From: Camelus ferus
Taxonomy: Eukaryota
DNA: 64,000 nt
Direction: 5' to 3'
Assembly: GCF_009834535.1 (NCBI RefSeq)
Contig: NC_045707.1
Span: 64,358,001-64,422,000 of the forward strand
Shown here: piece by piece, positions 26,230-40,000 of the stretch
Layout: each line of letters starts with the position of its first letter
How positions within the stretch are numbered: the first letter of the stretch is position 1
Position numbers and translations under genes: made by a program
The notes under the pieces: generated by a model
What the model was told of the DNA's origin: nothing
What the model saw: the letters and a program-made list of their open reading frames with translations, nothing else
Database searches by the model: none

Positions 26230-27530
26230 AATTCTGGGATGCATCATCCACATTCAGACTTCTTTGTTTCTCATCTACTTCTCTACCATCTCTTTATCCT
26301 GTCATCCTACTGTTGAACATAATTGAGGTGACCAGTTATCTTTTTCTTATCAGTGAATACTTATAGCATTTATCTAATTTGATCTCTTTCTGAATTTTGA
26401 AAATCCCCCTCAGTGACTTGCGTGGGGAGCATTGGTTTCTAGCCTGTCTCCTATCTGACTCACCATTCCTCAGTGGTACTTTTAGGTCTTCCTCCGAGCA
26501 TTATTTAGTGGTTAGTGCTCTCTAGAATTTATGTGACCTTGGTATTTTTTTTCTTTTCTCTCTCTATAATTTCTTCGAATGATTATATTCAGACCTATAT
26601 ATCAAAGGTTCCTAAATTCATATTTTTATCTCAGATATTTCTCCTGAACTCCAGTCTTAGGGAGTCATTGGATATCCCACAAGTGTCATATATCCAACTG
26701 TTAATACTCACCACTTCCCATCACAGTTGCTTCTGTTTCTATATTGCCTATCATTGTGAATAACACCAGACTCCCCTACAGTCACCCAAGCCTGGTGGCT
26801 TAACAATTAATAACTTGTACCCTGCCTTTGCTGCTTTCATCCAAAAGCTCACCAAGTCTTCTCACCATCTCCTCTCCACTTTCCGTGTCCACATCACTGC
26901 CTTGGGATGGGTCCTTATTTCTCAGCTAGTATCTTACAATAACCTGCCATCAAATCCATCCTTCGTAATGATGTCAGAAATAGACTCCGAAAAAGCATAC
27001 CTAATCATAGTCTCTCTTTGTAAAACTCTCCAATACCGCGATTTCCTTTTCTCTTAGGATAAACCCATACTCATTCACACGGGAAGGTCCTTTCCTATCA
27101 GATCTTTCCTAACTCCATCCTTATTTCCTGTCTTCATGTCCTGCTTTGTACACTGTATCATACTAAGAGCAAATCTCATTTGGTTTTATGCCTCGTCCTT
27201 TTCATACTGTTTGATTTATCTTAAGTACTCACACTCTGCTTCTTTTTCTAGATAACTTTTTCTCCAACTTCAGATCTTGGTTAGGCACTGCCTGTTTTGA
27301 GAATCCTTCCTTTGATACCCCACCTCATTCAAGAAGCTTTCCTAGTTTTTTTTTTTTTTATTTTTGAGGCCTTGTATACTCCTTTATTAATGCACTTAAC
27401 CTGAACATGTAAATTTTTTGAGGACAATAACAGAACTGTACCTTGTATCTCTGTGTACCCATGACGTAGAATTGTGCCTTGTTACCTAGTATTCCATCAT
27501 TAAGTGTTCAGTGAATGAATAAATGTATTC
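26230..27530 (+). mobile_element. Degenerate L2 LINE
   Basis: Pyrimidine-rich L2-like body ending in the tgaatgaataaatg tail at ~27510-27525. Confidence 0.55.
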
Positions 27531-29384
27531 AGGATGTATTTGGCAAAATAAATTATGATTAATTTATAGTTGACAAAGAGATTATGTCTCATTTTCATGA
27601 CACGCTCTTTCAATCCGATTTACATTCATTGGTTACAGAGAAGTGGAAATGGGACAGAAAAGCTTTCATTTAAACATGGTCTATTTAAGGTAAGTTTGTG
27701 TTCCATGAGCGTGGTGGTGGTTGAGTGGAGTTGTGTGTTGAGCTCCGCCTAGATAGATACATGGCTGTGTGAATTTCTAGCTCTCCTTCAGGATGGGAAT
27801 GAGATAAATGTACTTATTTTAAAGAGATCAAAGAATTAGATAAGGTACTTATGTAGGCAGGTAAGGCAGATAAGCATGATTGTTGTGCAGTAAGGAACAG
27901 ACCCAGAACTCCTAACCCTGATTACTGATTGGGCATCATCTCTCTTGTAGTAGCAGACATGAGCCACTTACACTTTCAGAAGTCAGGTGGGGTTGTGAGG
28001 CAGTGGGTTCAATAAATCAAGACCCAAAATAAGCCAACTCTCCCTCCGCCTCCCCAAACCAAAAACAAACCATCACAGAGAAGTTCTGAGTATTTGGATG
28101 ATGATACGCATCTCTGTTCTCTCTTTTTATGTGTAGACAAAGTCTTTATAAAACCACAAACTTTTTTTTTTTCTTATGGGAGACATGCTTATACCTGAAG
28201 GATGGAGACTGGTTTTTGAATTATAAAGTCATTTTTTTTATGGGATGGTAGGACCACACATGACAAGCTCATTTATTGCCATTAGTATTAATGATAACAT
28301 GGATGTTATGTTTCATGATATTGTTAAGTCTCTTAAAAGCTATTTGTAAAGTCTGATTCAGGGGGCAGAGAAAGCCATTTTTCCCTTTAAAGGAGGATTT
28401 TGAAAGATGCGACTTGGCCGTGAGAGCGTTCTTCATCTTCAGAGCACTTACAAGCACTGACACATTTAGAGGAGCATTAGTAGTTCCCAACACAAAAGAT
28501 CTTAATAGCTTGAAAAAGTTTAATGTTGAAATATTATTTTAAGATCGAATTTCCTAATGCTTACTCACCAAATAATATAACTGTAAGTGTCTATTATTGA
28601 CATACCACAAAATGACAGCAAATTTAGATTATATTAGCACTTACCATTTAAATGTTTTTTTTTTTACTCATGATGGCTATCTAGACTATTCTCTCATAAT
28701 CAAATCTCATTTGATTTCAATATATGAAGATACTGATAGCCATTAAAATTGCAGCCACATGGACTGACAACAAAGCCAAACTAATTGTTTACATGAAACA
28801 GCGATCTGGATCAATACGTCTAATGGCGCTGAAGTAAAGGCCAAGTTCAGTGGAGACAAAGAATTTTTTTTACCTAGTTCAGACCTGAAACAATGTCCAG
28901 TTGTTGATTTAAATGTGCAGAAAGGCTTATGGCGGCCCTAAACTACTGATTCTTTGGAAAAGAGCACAAAATGAGCACCTGGTAAGAGTGTCTCACAGTG
29001 ATTTACTGGTCCGTTCAGCAGCGTGTACAGAGCAAGACTCTATAGCTGTTTCACCACAGTAATGACCCAGTTCTGATGGAGATGGGAGGGAAGAGGAAGC
29101 AAACTGCATAACCGTACAGAGTCAGCTCCCATCACTGGGTTACCTTCACTTACCTAGAAAGATGCTCAGTACAAAATGTGCTAAACCTAATATCATGACG
29201 AGTTAGTCTGAAAGGCCATCAGTCCATCAATATAAAGGTGTGGTTTTAAGTTAAAGTAATTTACTTTCTTCATCTTGTTGATCCAAGACTGTTTTTACTC
29301 TCTCTGGAAGAAAATGAAATCGCTTAAGCAGAGAAGTAAAAAGAAAATTGAAATGAAGGAGAAAATGCCATGTTTTTGCACAGC

Positions 29385-29590
29385 TTGGAGCAGAATACTG
29401 GAGTAGTTAAGAGCATGGATACTGTGGCCAGGCTCAAATCCAAGCATGATCACTCACTCTCTCTGTAATTTAGGGCAAGTGACTTAATCTTTCCAATTCT
29501 CAATTTCCTCTTTTTAAAATGGAGACCATGTCCTGTACAACTGTAGGGTTGATGTTGTGTATTAAACAGGATAACGTAATATAAAATAAA
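29385..29590 (+). mobile_element. MIR SINE
   Basis: gggcaagtgacttaatctttccaattctcaatttcctctttttaaaatggag. Confidence 0.65.
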
Positions 29591-30770
29591 CTGCTCTGTC
29601 TTGGTAACTGCCATGTTGGGTATGATCTGATGAGGGGTGGGAGAGATCAGATGCTAAGTGATCGACTAATATCTTGGAGCCATTTCTCCTTCTTTCTGTC
29701 TTTGAGCCAATGCTAGAGAATCATACATGCCCAAGAGAGATTCTGGATTCCAACCTTGCTTTCAGCTGGGTCTTATCTGCATCGCTTTCCTTTGCCCTTG
29801 TCATGAGCCTTACTAAATGTGCAGGTTTGCGGTGGATCATGAGCTCTAAAACAGCCACCTGTCGCTTTTGGCCACTGAGAGGCTGGAGGGATCCGGCCAG
29901 GCCCAGGACGTCAGACCTCATTCTCCTCCCAGCTCTTCTTCACCACCAAGCCCCTCAATAAAATAGTTAAACATTCTCCCCCGCAATTCACTCAGCTTTT
30001 CTATCTTAGGAAAGATGTAACACACTGATCTACTCCTGATAAAAATAGCTGTATAATTGTATGGTCTTTCCCTAACAAAATGTTCATATTTTTCAAATAA
30101 CTATGAGAAAGCCCTAGCCCAGTAGCATTAATTTCCAGGGATGGATGAAGGGACCAGGACAGGATGGAGTAGAGATGTTGACCTGGAGAGCCTACCAGGT
30201 GCCCCTCAAATCCCCAAATGCAGGCAAAGGAGACCAGGGCAAGGATGCCTTCAGGTGGCCACTGTAGACCTCCTTCCTCACCCTCCTCTTGCCTGAAAAT
30301 GCGGGCATTTGTCTCTGTGGTATCATTACTATGACAATATTTTAATTTTTCATTTGTTCTCATGTTCATTTTGCTCTGTTTTAATGTAATTTCTAATCTA
30401 CTTTGAGAATTATTCTTAAACAGACATTTCTTTTTCTTGTGTTGCAAGTGTAGTCCAGCTTTCAAGTCATCTGGAGAACTCCACTGTGAAAAATGATGGT
30501 AATAGATTATAATCTATTTATAAATAATAATATTTTAGCTGTTTACATAACAATGGCTAAGGTGTAAAAATTAGATTTTTCAAATTTGCTTACTGCTTCA
30601 TCTCAGTAAGTGCAAATGGAACTCAATTCCTATGATTTCAGCAAAGGCTAGTGTTTCTCAGCTTTCTAGCCATATGATTATTTTGCCCCCACTCTGCATT
30701 TCCCCATAGGGCAAATCTTGACCAAGGTCTTCTCTTAATGGCTGTATAGAACTTAAGAGATAGTAGCATT

Positions 30771-31642
30771 AATTATCAGAGAAATGCAAGTCAAAACTAC
30801 ATTGAGATATCCATCACACTGATCAGAATGGCTGTCATTAAAAAGTCCACAAACCATAAATGCTACAGAGGGTGTGGAGAAAAGGGAACCCTCCTACACT
30901 GTTGATGGGAATGTAGTTTGGTGCAGCCACTATGGAAAACAGTATGAAGATTCCTTAAAAAACTAAAAATAGACTTACCACATGATCCAGCAATCCCACT
31001 CCTGGGTTTCTGTCTGGAGGAAACTCTAATTCGAAAAGATACGTGCATACCAATGTTCACAGCAGCACTATTTCCAACAGCCAAGATACGGATGCAACCT
31101 GAATGTCCACCGACAAATGACTGGTTAAAGAAGTTGTGGTGTGTATGTGTGTATATATGTATATACCACTCAGCCATAAAAAGGAATAAACTGATGCCAT
31201 TTGCAGCAACATAGATGGACCTGGAGGTTGTCATACTAAGTGAGTAAGCCAGAAAGAGAAAGAAAAATATCACATGATTTCACTTATATGTGGAATATTT
31301 AAAAAATGATACAAATGAACTTACTTACAAAAAAGAAACAGACTCACAGACATAGAAGACAAACTTATGGTTACCAGATAGGGAAGGGTGGGGGTGGAGT
31401 AATAAATTAGGAGTTCAGGGTTTGCAGATACTAACTACTATATATAAAATAGGTAAGCAACAGGGTCCTACTGTATAGCACAGGGAACTATATTCAATAT
31501 CTTGTAATAAGCTACAATGGAAAACAATCTGAAAATGAATATATATATATATAATTTTTATATATATATAAATAACTGAATCACTATACTATACACCAGA
31601 AATTAACATAGCAGTGTAAACTTCAATTAAAAAAAAAAAAAA
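30771..31642 (+). mobile_element. L1 3' end (~870 bp, ORF2 C-terminus + 3'UTR)
   Basis: agagaaatgcaagtcaaaactaca...gggtgtggagaaaagggaaccctcctacactgttgatgggaatg..., ending in poly(A). TSD agatagta(g/c)catt at 30758-30770 and 31643-31655. Confidence 0.9.
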
Positions 31643-32598
31643 AGATAGTACCATTCACTCCTATCAACCTCTCCTCCATGCATTCTTCAACTCAGTTCTC
31701 CAGAAACCAGGGAGCATCTGACTATTTCTTTCTGAGCCAACATAAGCCTTACTTCCTCCAGCCATTGGTCTTAACCCCATTTCTTCTTGATGACTTATGT
31801 CTAGTCACACTGTCCCAAGGGGTGCTGTCCTAATTGTATTATGTTTCACTCTGCAATACTTATTTATCAGATGAGATATAACGCTATTAAAGCTGGGCGA
31901 AAATCAGGAAACATGAAACCCCTTCACGGTAATGTTGCCACCGGCACGTGGCGCACGGCAGATTTCCACTGAAATGGCTGTCAATTCTGTGACTCCCAGA
32001 TAGAATTTTACACTGTGCAGCTCAACTCTGGGTAGAAGATCCAAATAGGAAGAACTGAGGGACACCCAGAGTAGTTACAGCAAGCTGTAAATGGGACTAG
32101 GAGCCACATTTTCCAATGAAGTATTTGAGGAAATATGAAGGAGCGCTTATAGTAAAGAACATGCCGGAGAAGTTTACAAGTTGCCGTCATTAAAGTCATT
32201 TCTGATTCTTCTAGGATTCAGGTCTTATGAAAATAGACTAATTGCTTCGCTGTTTTTTTTTATTTTAGTATAAATATACTAGAAATATCCCTGGCCAAAC
32301 ACTTGAAACATTTAAGTTGTATTAGAAGAAGACACAGAGCCTCCTCCTGATGTCACAGCCTAGAGACCAGGGTGAAGACTTGATTTTAGGAAAACCATTT
32401 CTAGAAGGAGGTGTTCCTGCAATAACAAGCTCTTTTGCCAGGGGGCCAAGATTGTTTGCAGTTTTTATAAATTCAATTATAATTCAAGTAAAATTTACAA
32501 TTGCTATCTTTTAGAAACACTCATTTTATTTTATTGTACTTTTTATGACAGAATTGCTGGTTTGAAGATGAACTTTTTTTGTCAAATCAGTTATTTGC

Positions 32599-32660
32599 AC
32601 CAGAAATGGACACATTGTCATTGACTGTACTTCAATAAAAACAAAATCTTAAAAAAAAAT
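32599..32660 (+). mobile_element. Very short L1 3' tail
   Basis: caccagaaatggacacattgtcattgactgtacttcaataaaa matches the terminal ~45 nt of the L1 3' ends elsewhere in the window. Confidence 0.6.
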
Positions 32661-32844
32661 GGCTGTATGGTGTCAGGAAAGAAAACAACTGTGTGCACAT
32701 ATAAATATATACATATATACATGTAACATATGTTGTCAGAACATTGCTAGGACACACACTGAATTTTACAAAATTGACTTGTGTATAGACAGAGACACAA
32801 TGGAAATCTCTCAAAACACTGATGTAATTTCCTATTAAGTATAG

Positions 32845-33098
32845 CTACCAGTGGGGAAGGGGGTGGGAAGGGATAAATTGGGAGTTCGAGATTTGCAGAT
32901 ACTGACTGGTATATATAAAACAGATAAACAAGTTTATATGGTATAGCACAGGGAACTGTATTTGATATCTTGTAGTAGCTTACAGTGAAAAATAATATGA
33001 AAATGAATATGTGTATATTCATATATGACTGAAGCTTTGTGCTGTACACCAGAAACTGATGCAACATTGTAAACTGACTATAATTCAATAAAAAGAAA
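32845..33098 (+). mobile_element. Young L1 3' end (~250 bp)
   Basis: gggaagggataaattgggagttcgagatttgcagatactgactggtatatataaaacag...ctgactataattcaataaaa. Confidence 0.85.
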
Positions 33099-33469
33099 GA
33101 TTAATAGGAATGATCATATGTTATATGTGGAAGGTTATCTTATCAGACCTCAGTTGTCACATGTACAGAGGGCAGTTGTGTTCACCAGGAAGATTTAGTA
33201 TTATTACTGTGGGTGCTTCTAATTGGAGATTAGTACTGTGGTGACCCCATGGGTTTGAATTACCAATAGGATTATAGAACAACTGGAAGAATAGTTTTAG
33301 TGCTAGCCTCCTTACATCCAAGGATATCACTCCTAAAAATCCCTGCTCCTTTAAGTTTCCAAAGGGTCATATACTATACTTATGGAAAAACTTACCTCAT
33401 TGGAAATAATCAGTACCATGTGAAATCTAACTGAATTGAGATTCTCTTTTACTGATGTACATTTAAAAA

Positions 33470-33923
33470 AATTTTTTTTTATTGAAATGTAGCTGATTTA
33501 CAGTGTTAGTTTCATGTGTACAGTAAAGCGATTCAGTTATACATATACATACATATGTATATTATTTCCCATTCTTTTCCATTGTATGTTATTACAAGAA
33601 ATTGAATATAGTTCCCTGTGCTATACAGTATGTCCTCCTCATTTATCTGTTTTATACATAGTAATGTGTATCTGTTAATCCCAAACTCCTAATTTATCCC
33701 TTCCCCACCCTTTCCCCTTTGGCAGCCATAGTTTGTTTTCTCTGTCCATGCATCTATTTTTGTTTGTAAATAAGATTTGTATCATTTTTTTAGATTCTAC
33801 ATGTAAGTGATATCATACATTTGTCTTTGTCTGACTTACGCCACTCGATATGATAATCTCCAGGTCCATCCACATTGCTGCAAATGGCATTATTTTATTC
33901 TTTCTATGGCTGAATAATATTCC

Positions 33924-33970
<47 letters not shown>

Positions 33971-35305
33971 ACCACATCTTCTTTATCTAGTCATCTGTTG
34001 ATGGACATTTAGGTGGTTTCCATGTCTTGGCTATTGTAAGTAGTGCTGCTATGAACATTACATGTCTTTTTGAATTATATTTTTCTCCTGATATATGTCC
34101 AGGAATGGGATTGCTGGATCATATGGTAAGTCTATTTTTAGTTTTTTAAGGAACCTCCATACTGTCCTCCATAGTGGCTGCACTAATTTACATTCCCATC
34201 AACACTGTAAGAGGGTTCCTTTTTCTCCACACTTCTCTAGCATTTATTATTTGTAGACTTTCTGATGACGGCCATCCTGACTAGTGTGAGGTGCTACCTC
34301 ATTGTAGTTTTGATTTGCATTTCTCTAATAATTAGTGATGTTGAGCATCTTTTAATGTGCCTGTTGGCCATCTGGATGTCTTCTTTGGAGAAATGTCTGT
34401 TTAGGTCTTCTGCCCATTTTTTGATTGGGTATATATATATATAAGCTGTATGAGCTGTTTGTATATTTTGGAGATTTGTCCCTTGTCAGTTGTGTCATTT
34501 GCAAATATTTCCTCCCATTCTGTAAGTTGTCTTTTCATTTTGTTTATGTTTTCCTTTGCTGTGCAAAAGCTTTTAAGTTTAATTAGGTCCCATTTGTTTA
34601 CTTTTGCTTTTATTTCCATTATTCTAGGAGAAGGATCCAAAAAAATATTGCTGTCAAAGAGTATATTATGTCAAAATATACTGTTCTGCCTGTATTTTCC
34701 TCTGAGTTTTATAGTATCCCACCTTACATTTAGGTCTTTAATCCATTTTGAGTGTATTTTTGTATACAGTGTTAGAGAATGCTGTAATTTCATTCTTTTA
34801 CATGCAACTGTCCAGTTTTCTCAGCACCACTTATTAAAGAGACTCTTTTCTCCACTGTATGATCTTGCCTCCTTTGCCATAGATTAATTGACCATAAGTG
34901 CATGTATTTATTCCTGGACTTTCTATCCTGTTCCACTGATCGATGGGTCTGTTTTTGTGCCAGTACCATCCTGTTTTGATTGATTGACTGTAGCTTTGTA
35001 ATATAGTCTGAAGTTGAGGTGTATGATTCCTCCAGCTCTGTTCTTCTTTCTCAAGATTGTTTTGGCTATTTGGAGTCTTTTATGTTTCCATACAAATTTA
35101 AAAAACTTTTGTTCCAGTTCTGTGAAAAATGTCATTAGTCATTTGTTAGGGATTGCACTGAATCTGTAGACTGCCTTGGTTTGTATGGCCATTTTAACAA
35201 TATTGATTCTTCCGATCCAAGAACATGGTATATCTTCCCATCTGTTTGTGTCATCTTCAGTTTCTTTCATCAGTGTCTTATAGGTTTTGGATTACAGGTC
35301 CTTTT
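33470..35305 (-). mobile_element. L1 (~1.8 kb, ORF2 3' third + 3'UTR), antisense to PTPRR
   Basis: Minus-strand ORF2 peptides [18 protein letters not shown] and [36 protein letters not shown]-tract at 33472-33480. Contains (TG)n at ~33926-33966. Confidence 0.92.
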
Positions 35306-35334
35306 CTAATCTGGTTGTAGGTATACAAGAGCCA

Positions 35335-35460
35335 CCTTCATTTTTTGATGGGAAAACTGAGGCTCAGAGGTGGCTTAGGAGACTTGCTCAAGTTCACATA
35401 GATGAGGGCGGTTAGGTATTGAAACTACAATCTAGGTCCCTTATCTCTTAACCCATTGCT
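35335..35460 (-). mobile_element. MIR SINE fragment
   Basis: gatgggaaaactgaggctcagaggtgg...gacttgctcaagttcaca. Confidence 0.7.
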
Positions 35461-35481
35461 TTTTTAAAAAGTATGTTTCTA

Positions 35482-35627
35482 GGGGAGAGGGTATAGCTCA
35501 AGTGTTAGAGTGCATGTTTAGCATGCACGAGGTGGTGGGTTCAGTCCCCAGTACCTCCTCTAAAAGTAAACAAATCTAATTGCCTTTCCGTTACCAAAAT
35601 AAAATAATTAAATAATACAACAATAAA
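35482..35627 (+). mobile_element. tRNA-derived SINE (camelid-type)
   Basis: ggggagagggtatagctcaagtgttagagtgcatgtttagcatgcacgagg...gggttcagtccccagtacctcctctaaaa, A-rich tail, degenerate TSD (aagtatgtttct / aagtgtatttct). Confidence 0.88.
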
Positions 35628-37089
35628 AACAAGTGTATTTCTTTCCTTTTTCAATACTATTATTAGGTATTTTGTATGTAAACTTTCACTGGTACTCTTG
35701 TACATTTTTAACTTTTCCTGAGAGGCACTTACAAATCAAATGAGAATCTTGTCATTTTTCATGTGGAAATTCCCGAGAGACTTCCTTGATGTTATCCATT
35801 TACATCTCCTTCCTGGAGAAGAAAGTGCTGGAGATCCTTGAAAAATTATGATTGTCCTTTTATAAGATGATCAGAGAACAAAGTTTCCTTTTTTTTGATT
35901 GTTCACTTTTTCAGGTCTCTTTGGAGACTGTTTCATCCTTTTGTTCCTTTCGCAAGTCACTGACACTGATTTAAACACTTGCAGTACAAGGATTTATTCT
36001 GAGACGGTGTATGCAAGGCCATTCTACCTTGTACATCCAGGAACTACCAACACTGAATTTGAAATAATGAATCATAATTTACTCTAACTTAACATTGTAA
36101 TTTCATACGTTTCTCTTCCCTTTGTTAAAGATCTCTTCAGAGATGATCAAGGTCATGTCCAGAGTGAAATTTCAATTGTGGAATTTTATGATCATCAAAA
36201 CTGGATATCCTCGTGTAAATGTTGCTTCTGTGATAAACGTACTTTTATTTTAAATGCAGATAAGTATCTTTGACAAGCTACTTACCAGACATTTTATGAG
36301 ACCCTTTGTCCCTTAGAAGTAGAGAAAATTGTCATTGAACTCTCAGTGAAGATGAGGAATCCTAGTACACATTTCATTTCAACTTTTCTCTCATTCTTTA
36401 CAAGAACTGTTTCAGTCCTTCTCCGTTCTTCTGGAACCTCCCATCTTTCCTCCCCCATCCTCTCTCTCTCATGAGATGACTTCATCTCCTTCTGCACAGG
36501 GAAAATAGAAGCCATCAGAAGATAACTTGCTCAACTTCCACCATCAAACCCATTAACGTCCTTCATCTTCCCACCTCTCCCCTCTTGCTGTATTTTAATG
36601 GGAGAAACATCTCCCCCAAACCCAGGGCGCATCCCACTGCCTGCATTCTGGATGCAGCTCCTCCAGTGTTCTGGGGGAGCTCAGTCCACTGATACTGCAT
36701 CTGCTTTCTCCTGTATTTTCAACCGCTCCTTCTCAACTAGCTTCTTCCTTTTAAGGATTAACTGTATTAAAATTTCTCCTATCTTGGGGCAAAAAAAAAA
36801 AAAATCCCTCAACCCAACCTTCCCTTCTTGAAAATACACTGTTACTCTCTTATCACACCCAAGCTTGTTGCAGGAGTCGTTATGTATGTTGTTTCTCATT
36901 TATCTTCCACTCCATCCTCAATCCAGTTAAATCTAGCTTTCTCCCCCAAACTCACACACGGAAACTGCTTCTCTATACATTTATCAATCATTTGTTAATG
37001 AGATAGATTTACATTTAGTGATGAAAAAATATGTTTTGATGCAGTTTTGAGTGAAAAAAAGTAGCTTACAAAACATAATATAGCATAAT

Positions 37090-40000
37090 CTACTGACTTT
37101 TTTGCTGTGTAGTTCTGTGGATTTTTACACATGTATAGATTCATGTAAACACAGTACAGAAAAGTTCAAACACCCCAAAAACTCTTTCATGCCCTTTCCC
37201 CGTCCCCCAACCAATGAATCCTGATAACGGTTGATCTATCCTCCAGCACTAGTTCTTTTTCTTTTCTAGAATGTTCTATAAATGGAATCATGTAACTTTT
37301 GGCAACTGTCTTCCTTGAGATTCATCCAAGTTATTGTGTGGGTCAGTAGTTCATTTTTTTTAAAATTGGTAAGTAACATTCTATTTTATAAATGTATCAG
37401 TTTGTTTTCCATTCATCCACTGAAGGACATTTGAATTTCCATTAGGGAGTAATTATGACTAGAGCTGCTGCAAAAGTTTCTTTATAGATTTTTGTGTGTG
37501 TGAACATGTTTTTATTTCTCTAGGTTAAGTATACAGAAGTGGAATTACTGGGTCATATGATAAATATGTTTAACTTTGCAAAAAAACCCTTCCAAACCGT
37601 TTTCCAGAGTATCTTTGCCATTTTGTATTCTTATCAGCAGGCTATGAGGCTTCTAGTTGCTCCAGCAGCACTGAGCATTGTTGGTATTTTTCATCTTAGC
37701 AATTCTAAGGGGTGTGTAGTGGTATGATATTCTCAATTTTAATATGCATTTCCTTACTGGCCAAATATTCATATGCCTAATTGCCATTCACGTGTCTTTG
37801 ATCATGTGTCTGTTCAAGTCGTTAGCCCATTTTTAAATTGGTTTGTTCATTTTCCTATTGCTGAGTTTTTTGAGTTCTTTATAAGTCCTTGGTTGGATAT
37901 GTGATTTCTCATTATAAGTCCTTTGTTGGATGTGTGATTTGCAATTATTTTCTTCCACTCTGTAGCTTGCTGTTTCATTCCCTTAACAGTGTCTTTCACA
38001 GAGCAAAACTGTAAAAATTTTGATCCAGTCCAGTTTATCAATTTTTTTCTCTTATGGATTATAATTTTGGTGTCATATGTTAAGAACTCTTTGCCTAACC
38101 CTAGGTATAAAGATTTTCTCTCATATTTTCTTCTGAAAGTTTTATAGTTGTACATTATATATTTAGATCTATGGTCTTTTATGAGTTCATTTTGTATAAA
38201 GTATGAAGTTTATGTAAAGATTCATTTTGTTGCAAATGAATGTCCTATGGTTCCAATATCATTTGAAAAGACTATCCCTTATTGTTTTTGTATCTTGGTC
38301 AAAAATCAAATGGTAACATTTTCTCTGGATCTATTTTTGAACTTTATTTTTTCCATTGATTTATGTACCTCTTCTTTTGCTAATACCACACAATATTGAG
38401 TACTGGGGCTTTACAGTGAGTCTTAGAATTGGGCAGTATTTTTCTGCCACCTTTATTCTTTGTTTTCAAAATTGTTTTAACTATTCCATTTTAGAACCAG
38501 TCTTTGCTTTTCTCTCTCTCTCTCTCTGTATATATGTGTGTGTATACACACACATATATATATACATATAAATATAGATAGAAAATTCTGCCTGAATTTT
38601 TATCGTAATTATTGAATAATTTACATCTTCATTACGTAGAGTCTTCCAATTCATGAACACAGTATGTCTGTCTGTTTATTCAGTCCTTTTTTGATTTATG
38701 TTCTCAGCATTTTGTAATTTTTAGTATATATATATCCTATAAATGTTTTTTTTAACATTTTTTATTGATTTATAATCATTTTACAATGTTGTGTCAAATT
38801 CCAGTGTTCAGCACAATTTTTCAGTCATTCATGGACATATATATCCTATAAATGTTTTGTTAGAATTATACCTAAGTATTTTTTGTAACTGTTGTAAATA
38901 TATTTTTTTTAATTTCAGTTTTCAATTGTAAATTGCTAGCTTATAGAAATTCCATTGATTTTCATAGGTTGACCTTATATTCCGTGAACTTGCTAAACTC
39001 ACCTGCTAGTTCTACAAAAATTGTGGTGGATTCCTTGGGATTTTCTTTTTAGATAATTAAGCCATCTGCAAATAGAACAATTCTATTTTTTCTCCCCCAA
39101 TCTGTATGCCTTTTACTTCTGTTTGTTTGTTTGTTTTATGGCACTAGTAGGACTTTGATTCAGTACAGTGTCGTATAGAAGTGGTAAGGGTGTCATACTT
39201 ACCTTGCCCTCCGTCTTAAGAGAGGGAAGTATTCAGTCTTGCACCATTAAACCTAACGTTAGCTGTGGGTTTTTGTGTAGGTGACTTTTATAAGGTTGAA
39301 GAAGTTCCCTTCTATTTCTAGTTTGCTTAATTTTTTTGTTATGAGTTGTTGTGAATTTTGCCAAGTGCTTCTTCTGCATCAGTGGTATGGTAATGTGGTT
39401 TTCCTCCCTAGACTGTTAGTATGATGGATTACATTGGTTACTTTTCAAATATTGAAGCAGTTTTACATTCCCAGGATAATTAAACCCTATTTGGTTATGG
39501 TGTATTATTCTTTTTATATGTTTCTGCATTCAGTTTGCTAACACTTTCTTGAGAATTTTTGCATCTGTATTTATTGTGATATTGGTATAGAGTTTTCTTT
39601 TTTAGTACTGTTTGGTTTTATCAGAGTAATTTTGATCTCATACAATAATTTGGGGAGTGTTCCCTCCTCTTCTGTTTTCTGGAAGAAGTTGTGTGGAATT
39701 GAAGTTATTTTTTCTTTAAATGTTTGAATTTGCCAGTGGAACCATTTGATTCTGAAAATTTCTTTTTCAGCAAAAATTTATGTAGGAATTCAATTTATCT
39801 TATAATTTTAGGACAGTTTAGGTTTCTATTTCGTCTTGAGTGAGTTTCATTAGTTTGTGGGTTTTGAGGAGCTGGTCATTTCATCTAAGTTGTTGAACAT
39901 GTATGTGAAGGATTATACACAGAATTCTCTTATTGTCCTCTTCATGTCTCCTGAATGTGTAGTGATGTTCTTCCTTTCATCTGAAATGGGTAACTTGTGT

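Noticed and set aside
30001..30465. 154-aa minus-strand ORF
   Set aside because: Non-ATG start, no recognisable domain and no evident splice signals. It is likely a chance ORF.
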